DNA of 64,000 bases from Leptolyngbyaceae cyanobacterium (GTDB lineage Bacteria > Cyanobacteriota > Cyanobacteriia > Phormidesmidales > Phormidesmidaceae), in assembly GCA_965263355.1 (NCBI GenBank), contig CBDHHL010000046.1:32001-96000 (forward strand). Direction: 5' to 3'. The notes beneath the pieces are model-generated. The model was not told where the DNA came from. It ran no database searches and was given only the letters and a program-made list of their open reading frames with translations. The position numbers were made by a program, and so were the translations under genes. Position 1 is the first letter of the stretch, and the number at the start of each line of letters is the position of its first letter. Shown piece by piece: positions 28,001 to 35,639 of this stretch.

Positions 28001-28357
28001 CTATTAGGTCGAAGAAGAAATTTACCTGACATCAATAGTAATAATTTCTCCATTAGAAGTCATGCAGAGCGTGAATCCGTAAACTCTATCATCCAAGGAA
28101 CTGCTGCTGACCTTATAAAGACAGCAATGATAAATATCGAATTTGATGACATCCTAAATAGCATGGGTGTAGAAATGATAAATCAGATTCACGATGAGTT
28201 AACTCTTCTAGGGCCGACTAAGGAACAAGATGAAGAAGCATGCGTCGAACGCATCAAAAACTTCATGGAGCATCCCTTCGAAGAAGGCAAACACCCTCTA
28301 TTAGTGCCCGTACCTGTGGACATAAAATTAGTGTCGAATTGGGGAGAAGCAAAATGA
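25085..28357 (+). CDS. polA: Family A DNA polymerase with 3'-5' exonuclease, intein-containing
   Basis: GFDTET (ExoI), NLKYD (ExoII), YASLDA (ExoIII), TRTGR, QNLP, DYAQLEMR (motif A), KAVGFGIFYG (motif B), QGTAAD, QIHDEL (motif C). Confidence 0.96.
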   Translation: MALNLKIPPVTAALDDESAAQARQAFLNKIEQEPEDWIGFDTETHGLKIVKEGVKPTRADPLDWMNDTVTFWSLAAKFNGEYKRFCFDQNHFQFFAPVLEHPKAKLAGWNLKYDAHIAWNCGINIWNCARAVDFLMAGSMLDENVTRSEMSLKQVTPRGYNSEWRRAVARTVQSEMGYTDFCDIPREVYLEVQEEVERRITPWEGFQMTPFKALFKGCIDPNTRKPAVEFQTSLYDLPVDRVANYASLDALAHLWLGEHIQQVMQAHKSEDYCAYPNMWDYYCEAEDPITQVLWRLERRGLPLNKKHLEALVDPLEEEIAAITKEINRKAQKPINLRSPQQVANFLYGDFPKDAYEDPRWRKIIPAWTGTLQPKTDAETLELLAAAGNDAAKLINRHRKIEKIYGTYVTKLIFCHDYFKDGRVHTQFRQNGTRTGRCSTGDPVNSQNLPNPENDEFQIRVAFCSKSSKEKSVTKKPYKRKLVCGDYAQLEMRIMAHFCLYKCMRISVCEGDTRAISILVNQRRKPYVRSFDFSLNTHVNKQITNHFKNGDHVSYAPTTAGMKPEDWLIVRHDAAPNGMPLIITPQHRVLRSDGSKIPIGDLEVGDYLLYDEPKLIGLHLQMVIIQVINNKEFKHRIEWKENEGVPYEHRTFDEKYCQFKQNVLKQLEAKNHGSPSLNHIKRRIRPTKQLWEIVDNMADKHRPKKELLEQIGPAGLAIWYCDTGTIYGHLGSSFIKISMPRTCAEDVEILNKLGTNFITMSNGFGLLSKDFESFFQIVGPYIPWCMSYKVPKEFHHYIGTASEEWEVPMPPIRPVTIIEKRPAKLEDLERGYGSKYDIEVEDTHNYFAQNILVSNSTDNAMIDAIWSGKDMHCITVERMWGIPYEEVKEAKKAKEAGTATEEQLGHAKKRSDSKAVGFGIFYGAQEKNISIRLECSRERARELINLYFKAYPKVKRFINETHWRCRQMQFVTTLLGRRRNLPDINSNNFSIRSHAERESVNSIIQGTAADLIKTAMINIEFDDILNSMGVEMINQIHDELTLLGPTKEQDEEACVERIKNFMEHPFEEGKHPLLVPVPVDIKLVSNWGEAK
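26576..27646 (+). mobile_element. Intein (357 aa) with a degenerate LAGLIDADG-type endonuclease
   Basis: Starts CL after AHF; block B ITPQHRV; GLAIWYCDTG; block F YDIEVEDTHNYFA; ends LVSN followed by Ser. Confidence 0.9.
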
Positions 28358-28821
28358 AACGAGCCCAAATAATTCAACATGTGGCTGCCGTGTCTGGCTA
28401 CAAACAAAAAGATGTGGAAAAAGTGCTTTCCGCTTTTTTTACATTGCTTCCAAGTATTGTTAATTCAGGAGAACCTGTTCAGATTAAAAACTTTGCCTCC
28501 TTTAACTGGGTCGAACGAGCCGAAAGAAAATTTCGAGTCCCTAACACAGGACGTATAATTCATATACCTGCGAGAAGAGGTCTAAAAATCACCTTCTCTT
28601 CCGCATATAAAAGGAGCCTACCTATGGAAAAGTACGGAGTAGAATTAAATCAAACCAAAATAGCGACAGAAACAAAACCAAATCAATGTCCTTGGTGCCA
28701 AGAACTACTCGACGACGCGGGTTTATGTCCTGTACATGGTTCTGAACCATTCGAGGACAACAATGACGACTTCCAAAAAGAAGACCTCTTCAAAGAAGAA
28801 ACCAGTACAACCGAAAACTGA
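28354..28821 (+). CDS. hup: HU/IHF-like DNA-binding protein with a C-terminal Cys/His module
   Basis: GEPVQIKNFASF...RAERKFRVPNTG..IHIPARR; start overlaps the polA stop (ATGA); CPWC...CPVH extension. Confidence 0.85.
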   Translation: MKRAQIIQHVAAVSGYKQKDVEKVLSAFFTLLPSIVNSGEPVQIKNFASFNWVERAERKFRVPNTGRIIHIPARRGLKITFSSAYKRSLPMEKYGVELNQTKIATETKPNQCPWCQELLDDAGLCPVHGSEPFEDNNDDFQKEDLFKEETSTTEN

Positions 28822-29986
28822 AGTGGCACTATGGGTTGAGGCGATGAATAAAAATCGCCAATACAAAGGCCATGCACAAATCCGGTTAGCCTCTGAAGTA
28901 AACACAGTATATGACCTCAGAAGACCAACAGGCATCCTATCTTTGGATATTGCCTTAGGTGGCGGTATTCATGCGGGAGGAGCAACAGAGCTCTACGGGG
29001 CAGAATCCTCCGGCAAGACCACCCTGCTGTGGCGCATCTTCGCGCAAAATCAACAAATACACGGGGAAGATTCTAAACTACTCTTGTTGAGCACAGAGCT
29101 TCGTCCAGACAGAGGACAAGCCAGATTGGCTGGCTGTTGCATAGCCTACTCAGACCAAGAGATCTTGCAACTAGATGTTGCCAGGAAAAAAGCAGGCCAC
29201 AAAACATTTACCTCCGATGACGTAGAAGACCTCAAAAAGCAGATAGGTGATATTGTCATCGTTACAACAGGAACCGCAGATCATGGGTTAGACGTTGTGG
29301 TGGATGCGCTACGCTTTGGCAAATTTCAGATAGCAGCAATAGACTCTCTAGGAAACCTCCTTACACCTGCCGTCGAAGAAGGGTCCACCGGCGACGCGCA
29401 CTATGCAGGACCCGCCAGAATAGTGACGCAATTCCAAAATAAAGTGGCTCCCATGTATGCTATCGATCGAGAGGATGGTTCTATGTTAGAGACATCCTTG
29501 ATCGGCATAAATCAGGTTCGTGCCAAAATCGGGGCTAGTAAATTTGAAGACCCCGATAAAGGTGCCATGGGCGCCTGGGCCTGGAAGCACGGTCTTCTCG
29601 TTTCACTTAAACTTACCAAAGGAGCAAAGCTAAAAGTGAACAATGAGACAGTAGGTCATCGAGTTAACTGGATAACAAGAAAAGGAAAAGCAGGAACACA
29701 CGATGGAAAGGTCGGAAGCTACGAATATTATCATATCCCTAAACTGGCTCCCGTATTTTGGCGAGATGTTTGTGCATACAACTATGGGGGCGTTGGTGAG
29801 TTTGAAGACTATGTTCAAGTAGGTGTTAGCAATGGACTCATTACAAAAACAGGCTCTTACTATGAATGCGCCGACTTCAATATTCGTACTCAAGGTATTA
29901 AAAGCTTTGCGGAGAAAGTGGCTAATAATGACGATTTAGCCAAGTACATCAAAGAAGAAAGCCTAAGAAAAAGTCAACTACTGTGA
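28763..29986 (+). CDS. recA: RecA/UvsX-like recombinase
   Basis: PTGILSLDIALGGG, ELYGAESSGKTT, AIDS, INQVR; likely start MTTSKK after GAGG. Confidence 0.9.
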   Translation: MTTSKKKTSSKKKPVQPKTEVALWVEAMNKNRQYKGHAQIRLASEVNTVYDLRRPTGILSLDIALGGGIHAGGATELYGAESSGKTTLLWRIFAQNQQIHGEDSKLLLLSTELRPDRGQARLAGCCIAYSDQEILQLDVARKKAGHKTFTSDDVEDLKKQIGDIVIVTTGTADHGLDVVVDALRFGKFQIAAIDSLGNLLTPAVEEGSTGDAHYAGPARIVTQFQNKVAPMYAIDREDGSMLETSLIGINQVRAKIGASKFEDPDKGAMGAWAWKHGLLVSLKLTKGAKLKVNNETVGHRVNWITRKGKAGTHDGKVGSYEYYHIPKLAPVFWRDVCAYNYGGVGEFEDYVQVGVSNGLITKTGSYYECADFNIRTQGIKSFAEKVANNDDLAKYIKEESLRKSQLL

Positions 29987-29993
29987 GATACCA

Positions 29994-30476
29994 ATGAAAG
30001 TAACCTGCCCTCATTGCCTCCAAGAAATCACGTTCAACCCTCTAGTGCTTGAACGAAGGTTGTCGAGTACTCTTGTTTGTCCCTCATGCAAATCAGAGTT
30101 CCCCAAACCAGAAATCTTTAAAAAAAGGGGCAAAAATAATGCTCGTAAACGAAGTAACAAACAAGAGAAGAAAGTAGCAAAACAATACGGTGCGAAGGTG
30201 CAGCCGGGCTCCGGGTCTATGGCTCACGCCAAGGCAGATGTGATCTTAGAGGGGACCTATCGAATAGAATGCAAACACACGGTCAAAGAAAGTATTTCCC
30301 TGAAGCGGGCATGGCTAAAAAAACTGTCAGAGGAAGCTCGAGCAGGGGAGCTTGCCATTCTTGAAATTGAGTTCCAAGGCGTTTCTCCGCCAGAGCAATA
30401 TGCAGTTATTCGTTCTCAAGACTTAAGAGACCTTCTTTTTTTGAAAGAACATAGAGGCCTTCTAGATGAAGATTAA
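29994..30476 (+). CDS. PD-(D/E)XK Holliday-junction-resolvase-like nuclease with an N-terminal Zn ribbon
   Basis: CPHC...CPSC; QEKKVA...QPGSGS...KADV...IECK. Confidence 0.7.
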   Translation: MKVTCPHCLQEITFNPLVLERRLSSTLVCPSCKSEFPKPEIFKKRGKNNARKRSNKQEKKVAKQYGAKVQPGSGSMAHAKADVILEGTYRIECKHTVKESISLKRAWLKKLSEEARAGELAILEIEFQGVSPPEQYAVIRSQDLRDLLFLKEHRGLLDED

Positions 30477-31293
30477 AACCATCGCAGATTTGAAACGCGC
30501 TTCCCCCGTTCAAATTGAGACGGCTAAGCTCTCCGCAAAGTTGATAAAAGACTTACAAATTTACCTTCTCTGGCTAAAATCTAGCCAAGGACGACCAGTA
30601 GAAGGACAATTTTCTTTAGGTTACAAAGAACGATCTTTGGGCATCCATCCAAGCACAGTGTCAAAAGCCGACTTTTGCAAATTACAAGCATACTACGAAG
30701 TTACTGGGGAAGTCTTACCCGAAAAGCAAGGAGACCCAGAGAAGTTTGCTAAGTTGGAATTAACTTTTGATACGGGCACCATGGTGCACTTAATGTTTCA
30801 AGCCTTCTTCAAGGATATGTACGGAGAGCGCTTTAAGGATGAGGTCTCACTCAAAGATAAAAACTTGAGGATCTCAAGCCACACAGATGGAACCCTAGAA
30901 CTCCAGAATATACGCACAGTGCTAGAGATAAAATCCATCAAGGAAGGTGGTGGATTTGGCGTAGATACAATCCGTGCTAAGCCCATGCTCGATCACGTAA
31001 GACAATCTCACTACTATATGGCGCTAAGTGATATTCCATTTTGTAACGTGTTTTACTTCTGTAAGAATACTTCGGAGGTAATCGAGCATGTGATTGAGTT
31101 CGTCCCGGAACTTTGGGATGAACTTCTTGCAGAGATCGAGCCAGTGCTGGAGTCTGTCGATAAAGGAAAAGAGCCCAAAGCTAATGTTGGTTTTCATTGT
31201 AGAAGTTGCCGATATCTACACGGGTGTGTAAAGGGACAAAATTATGTCCACAAAAGGCAAAGAATCCGAAACCGTGGCAGTTCAAGATCATGA
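30466..31293 (+). CDS. Cas4-like/RecB-family exonuclease
   Basis: HPS...C, GTMVH, TDG, LEIKS, QSHYY, CRSCRYLHGC. Confidence 0.8.
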   Translation: MKIKTIADLKRASPVQIETAKLSAKLIKDLQIYLLWLKSSQGRPVEGQFSLGYKERSLGIHPSTVSKADFCKLQAYYEVTGEVLPEKQGDPEKFAKLELTFDTGTMVHLMFQAFFKDMYGERFKDEVSLKDKNLRISSHTDGTLELQNIRTVLEIKSIKEGGGFGVDTIRAKPMLDHVRQSHYYMALSDIPFCNVFYFCKNTSEVIEHVIEFVPELWDELLAEIEPVLESVDKGKEPKANVGFHCRSCRYLHGCVKGQNYVHKRQRIRNRGSSRS

Positions 31294-31987
31294 ATTTCAG
31301 CTGGATGAATTTGAGCTAGAAGAACAATATTCGCACGCTCAAGTAGTAGAGAAGCACCTCCAAGCAATGGGGCTGACCTCAGTTCAAAGACCGAGTGCCA
31401 CCAAGGACATGGCTCGGTTACTGCATGTAGATGAAGGTACCTATTTTGATGGACGGTTGCCTCCGTCCCTCAAAAACTTAACCATGGAAGACCTGTCAGA
31501 CCTACATGTACTTCACGCAAGCTGGATCCATTACCTGACAGTCTTGCTCAACAAAGTTTCTTTAGAACGTTCAGAGGTTACTCCGCGCAAGGAAGCTGTT
31601 TGGGGGATGACTAGGATGTTTCACAAAAAAACCTCAAAGAACTTGGCTGGGGTCAACCTGACAGATCAACAATGCTCAGACCTGGCGAGATACGACAGGC
31701 GTTTTGTGAACGTAAACTCTAGGTACCAGCAACTCACAGCCCATAGAGACTGCTTAGAAGCCTTACTCAAAGTAGCAGAGCAAAACTGTGCAGTCGTTTC
31801 CAGGGAAGTAACTCGACGAGAAGCTACCCTATACGCCTCGCGCAGGAGTCAGAACATCGAACTCCATCACCAAGAACAACCCATGAGACAAGCCTACCGA
31901 AGAGGAGGAGTACGTGAACAAGCTCAACAAAAACACCCGCCGACGTCCAAGTTCGATAAAAGCAAAAAACCAGGGCTCAAGCGTTAA
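31244..31987 (+). CDS. Hypothetical helical protein (possible recombination mediator)
   Basis: Coiled-coil character; lies between recombination nucleases. Function is inferred. Confidence 0.55.
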   Translation: MSTKGKESETVAVQDHEFQLDEFELEEQYSHAQVVEKHLQAMGLTSVQRPSATKDMARLLHVDEGTYFDGRLPPSLKNLTMEDLSDLHVLHASWIHYLTVLLNKVSLERSEVTPRKEAVWGMTRMFHKKTSKNLAGVNLTDQQCSDLARYDRRFVNVNSRYQQLTAHRDCLEALLKVAEQNCAVVSREVTRREATLYASRRSQNIELHHQEQPMRQAYRRGGVREQAQQKHPPTSKFDKSKKPGLKR

Positions 31988-32516
31988 GTCGAAACCGTTA
32001 ATTAAGATTGAACTTCCTGTTCCTCCCTCTGTTAACCGGCTTTACGTAAGTCGGGGAAAGGGGAAAGGTAAAGCACTAACGACAGAGGCTAAAAGGTACC
32101 GAGAACTTGTTAAGTCTATCGTGTCTGCACATTTAGTCTCTTTGTCCAACAGCATTGAGAATGTTGATGGCTACGGACCTGAGATATATAAGCTAGATAT
32201 ATCATTAAAACTTCCCAACTTAGAAAACCCAAAATGGTTCTTTGGAGAGTTGATAAACCACGGGAAGGACGCTGGAAAGTTAAAGGTCAAACTTCGGTAC
32301 AAAAGGATAGACGCGGATAATCGGATAAAATTCTTACAGGATGCTTTCTGTATCTCAATAGGATTGGATGATTGTTTGGTGTTTGAAACCTGCGTTCGAA
32401 AGATAAATGATTCTGAAGAGGGTGTTACGGTGACTCTCTTTAAACTGGACCGAACAAAGTTTTTACCTCCTCAAGGAGAGCCTACATGGCTGAAAAGCTA
32501 CCGAGAGTCATTGTAA
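31914..32516 (+). CDS. rusA: RusA-like Holliday junction resolvase
   Basis: LPVPPSVNRLY, RIDADNRIKFLQD, LDD. Confidence 0.8.
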   Translation: MNKLNKNTRRRPSSIKAKNQGSSVKSKPLIKIELPVPPSVNRLYVSRGKGKGKALTTEAKRYRELVKSIVSAHLVSLSNSIENVDGYGPEIYKLDISLKLPNLENPKWFFGELINHGKDAGKLKVKLRYKRIDADNRIKFLQDAFCISIGLDDCLVFETCVRKINDSEEGVTVTLFKLDRTKFLPPQGEPTWLKSYRESL

Positions 32517-32845
32517 GACGACCAAAACCTGTCATCGAAGAAGCAGACTTAAGTCTGCTCAATCAGACTGAGTTGGCTCAGTTGGCCCAATTCAATGAAA
32601 TTCCAGGAGCCCATTTAGGCATTCCTCGGGAACAGTTGATTCACGCTTTGAACCATATGAAGGAGCTGGGAGAAGACCCATTCGCTAAGAAAAGAAAAAA
32701 ATTTAGTGCATTTATTCGTAGGTATTGGGATATCGTAGAATTGCAATTGCCTAGCACGGTATGCCCAAACTGCGAGAGCTGCCCTGGTGATGCTCGAATA
32801 GCCATGTGCTATATTCCTAATCAAGAGAAGGGCTTGATCCGATGA
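32486..32845 (+). CDS. Hypothetical protein with a Cys cluster
   Basis: AAGGAG SD; CPNCESC...C. Confidence 0.65.
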   Translation: MAEKLPRVIVRRPKPVIEEADLSLLNQTELAQLAQFNEIPGAHLGIPREQLIHALNHMKELGEDPFAKKRKKFSAFIRRYWDIVELQLPSTVCPNCESCPGDARIAMCYIPNQEKGLIR

Positions 32846-34080
32846 GTCTTGGATGCCTTGACTGCGATAATTTGCCAGGGTGCAGCTTATTAGCGGGCAA
32901 GAAGAATTTTGAGGGTCGAGTGTTCTTAAGAACATCCAGCAAACAGTGTCCTCAATTCCAAGCTACGAGCCAGGCAGAAAAGGCTGTTCGTAAATGGTTC
33001 GAAGGGTTTGTTACCGAAACTGTACAAATTCAAGCCATCCTACAACGCGAATCTTCTCTTGTAGATCCTCCCCTTTTGGAGGAAGAAGAGGAAGGGCAAC
33101 TTGTGAACTTTGAAGAAATGCTCTGGGAGGGCATTACAACCGCCCAAAGAAAAGAGCAGCTTGAGTTCGAAACTAGCGACGGTATAACTTTTGAGTTTTT
33201 GCCTCCCCAAGAAAATATTCCTGAGGAAGAGCCGAAGAAAGTGCCTAGAGGAAGTTTTCCTCTTCGCGCTTACTTAATTCATGAGTTAGGATATGCCGCC
33301 AACATTGTGCAATTTTGGACGAAAGATCAGGTCATCAACGCCATCCTATACGTAGAGGTGGAAAAAGGGCTGATCGTAAAGTCCGGAAAGAAAAAGAAAA
33401 AGGAAGAAAAGATGCCTAAAATAGTAAGCGGAATTAAATCACATTCTAAGTCGAGCAAAGTTACGGCCTCCAAGAAAAAGAAAAAAGAGGCTGAGGAAGA
33501 AGAAGAAGTAGAAGCTGAAGAGGAGATTGAAGAAGAAGAAGACGACGAGGAGGAAGAAGTAGAAGCTGAAGAGGAAGAAGAGGCTGAAGAAGAAGAAGAA
33601 GAGGTAGAAGAGGAAGAGGAGGAGGAGGAAGAAGAAAAAGTCCCAGCCAAAAAACCAGCCTCGAAAAAGAAACCTAAACCGACGAAGGCTGCCCCAAAGA
33701 AGATAGCAGAGCGAAAACCTCGCGGTAAGAAAGCCGCTGCCGCTACTACCAAGAAAAAGAAAAAAGAGGAAGAGTTGCCTGAGGCAACTCTAGAGTCACT
33801 ACAGGCACAAATAGCTGAGTTGAGAGTACTGCTAATCCAAGCCAATACAGTAGTGTTGGATGAGCTAACAGCGAAACTTAACAAGCTTGCCGCACACTCA
33901 GATATTAGAGGTGTGTGCCCCGGTTTAGATCCAGAAGAGTATGACGAGGAAGACTTAAACGATGAGGAGCGTGAAGCCTACGAAGAAGAGCAGGAGCGTC
34001 TTCAACAGGCTGATTTTGATGCTGAACGTCTTCTAAAACAAAATAAGGATATTACGTCATTGTTGCCCGGGGGAAAGTAA
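32842..34080 (+). CDS. Hypothetical protein with a long acidic tract and K/A/P-rich basic tracts
   Basis: E/D tract of about 48 residues (approx. 33494-33636) flanked by KKKKK runs and PAKKPASKKKPKP. Confidence 0.75.
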   Translation: MSLGCLDCDNLPGCSLLAGKKNFEGRVFLRTSSKQCPQFQATSQAEKAVRKWFEGFVTETVQIQAILQRESSLVDPPLLEEEEEGQLVNFEEMLWEGITTAQRKEQLEFETSDGITFEFLPPQENIPEEEPKKVPRGSFPLRAYLIHELGYAANIVQFWTKDQVINAILYVEVEKGLIVKSGKKKKKEEKMPKIVSGIKSHSKSSKVTASKKKKKEAEEEEEVEAEEEIEEEEDDEEEEVEAEEEEEAEEEEEEVEEEEEEEEEEKVPAKKPASKKKPKPTKAAPKKIAERKPRGKKAAAATTKKKKKEEELPEATLESLQAQIAELRVLLIQANTVVLDELTAKLNKLAAHSDIRGVCPGLDPEEYDEEDLNDEEREAYEEEQERLQQADFDAERLLKQNKDITSLLPGGK

Positions 34081-34206
34081 AATATTGGTGTGTAAGCCAG
34101 CAACAAATAGTAGAAAGTTCTTTGGAACAGTTGTTGGACATTGCCAGTAAATCAGGAATTTCTACCTACCTAAAAACTGAAGAGACCCTAAGACTAGAAC
34201 TTCTTT

Positions 34207-34635
34207 CTAGTCTAACCCATCATCCAAAATCTTAGTGGCGAGAACAGATAATGGGATAATAACCCAAGGTTTTTCGTACCATTTAGGTAACTTCGACTTT
34301 AACCAAGATACTTCTGCGTCATGAATTTGGACTAGTGTAGCAATCCTAGCTTCGCACCGATCTTCAACTTTTTTAACCTTTAGCTCTTCTTCTTCTTGCG
34401 AAATAGCCTTTTGACTAGCCAACGCGGCAACTTGTTCTATCGTCTGCAGCACTCCAAAGAAGGGCACTATTTCACCCTTCTCCAAAAGCATTGCGCATTT
34501 CGAAGTATCTGCTTTATGGCATTTTTTAGGATGTTGATAGCCTTCTAGTTGCTCAGACACCAAATCATTTGCTCTTGAGTGTCTGACGCAAAAGCAAATC
34601 AACAAGACGATCAGGATTTTTACGAAGGTCCTCAT
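34207..34635 (-). CDS. Exported or membrane protein, possible spanin-like
   Basis: Signal peptide with Cys, coiled coil, C-terminal hydrophobic segment; overlaps the upstream membrane gene. Confidence 0.5.
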   Translation of the reverse strand: MRTFVKILIVLLICFCVRHSRANDLVSEQLEGYQHPKKCHKADTSKCAMLLEKGEIVPFFGVLQTIEQVAALASQKAISQEEEELKVKKVEDRCEARIATLVQIHDAEVSWLKSKLPKWYEKPWVIIPLSVLATKILDDGLD

Positions 34636-34876
34636 ATAACTCCTTATTGCGAACTTGAAGGTCCTCTAATTCCTTCTCATACCGGTTCTCAATCTCTTGC
34701 ATCATTGTCTTTTCTTGTGACTTTGCAGCCTTAACCAACTCACGTTTCTTTTTTAACAAATCGTGCTCTGAGGTTGCTTTGCTCCAAAGACCTTTCAATT
34801 GGCCCAAAGAAAAAATAGTAGTCAGAATTGCAAAGAAGAAAAGGAGAGATAAGTACAGATAGTCTTTTAACTTCAT
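34565..34876 (-). CDS. Single-pass membrane coiled-coil protein (i-spanin-like)
   Basis: N-terminal TM segment followed by a charged coiled coil. Confidence 0.5.
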   Translation of the reverse strand: MKLKDYLYLSLLFFFAILTTIFSLGQLKGLWSKATSEHDLLKKKRELVKAAKSQEKTMMQEIENRYEKELEDLQVRNKELYEDLRKNPDRLVDLLLRQTLKSK

Positions 34877-35307
34877 TAGCTATTTTTTGGTTCTGTAGGT
34901 GCGTCGATTAGATCAGGGGTTGGTTCTGTTTCAATAGCTACGATTAGCTTATTCCACCAACCACCTACACCTCCGGCCAACAGACCAGGTCCTAAAGCTT
35001 CCAAGTAGTTTCCACCCATTGACAAAGACCCTAGGTAGCCAAAGCCGAAAGCTGCGACAACACCAATTAATGGTCTAATCCAGTCTTCAACCGAATCTAA
35101 AAATCTTGCAATGATTGGAACACGTAGAACCACGGTACCTACAAAAGAAAAAAGGGAGGAAAGACCGAGCATCCAATTTTTTTGAAAGGCGGCAATTACG
35201 TCAGTGATGCCGGTTACGAAATCTGTAGAGGAAACTTGGGCACCAACCTCTTGAGCCCAAGCAATTTCAGGATAAAGAACAATCAAGACAAGTACTAGGT
35301 AGAGCAT
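34876..35307 (-). CDS. Multi-pass membrane protein, possible holin
   Basis: Three to four hydrophobic segments in 143 aa. Confidence 0.5.
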   Translation of the reverse strand: MLYLVLVLIVLYPEIAWAQEVGAQVSSTDFVTGITDVIAAFQKNWMLGLSSLFSFVGTVVLRVPIIARFLDSVEDWIRPLIGVVAAFGFGYLGSLSMGGNYLEALGPGLLAGGVGGWWNKLIVAIETEPTPDLIDAPTEPKNS

Positions 35308-35348
35308 GGTACTAAAGTACTATGCTCTACCAATTCAACAAAACTTCC

Positions 35349-35597
35349 TTAAGAATTTTCTAATTTTTCTAGTAATGAAGTAGCTAGGGAGACTTGCTCC
35401 GCAATTGTCCCGCTTGTAAGCAATAACTGACGTTCCAGATTAGCTACTTGTTCTTGGGCCTGAGTCAAACGTTGCTTTATAACATTAAATTCTTTGGTAC
35501 TTTGTCTCCAGCGTTGTTGCACAAGCGCGAAAGTAGGATCTGAATGGGCTTGTTCTTGCGACAAGGTCTGAATAGCTTTTTCTGAGCCAATTGACAT
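35349..35597 (-). CDS. Small coiled-coil protein
   Basis: 82 aa directly downstream of the tail fibre gene. Confidence 0.6.
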   Translation of the reverse strand: MSIGSEKAIQTLSQEQAHSDPTFALVQQRWRQSTKEFNVIKQRLTQAQEQVANLERQLLLTSGTIAEQVSLATSLLEKLENS

Positions 35598-35639
35598 GGT
35601 TTTTTGTATACAGAGGACACCTAGAATTCCAACAAGTTT

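Noticed and set aside
30466..31293. CRISPR-Cas system
   Set aside because: Only a solo Cas4-like nuclease; no repeat-spacer array or other cas genes seen
33327..33884. Poly-Ser minus-strand ORF
   Set aside because: Antisense shadow of the GAR-rich poly-Glu tract
34081..34206. Terminator or ncRNA between the convergent modules
   Set aside because: Only imperfect inverted repeats and no convincing stem with a U-tract
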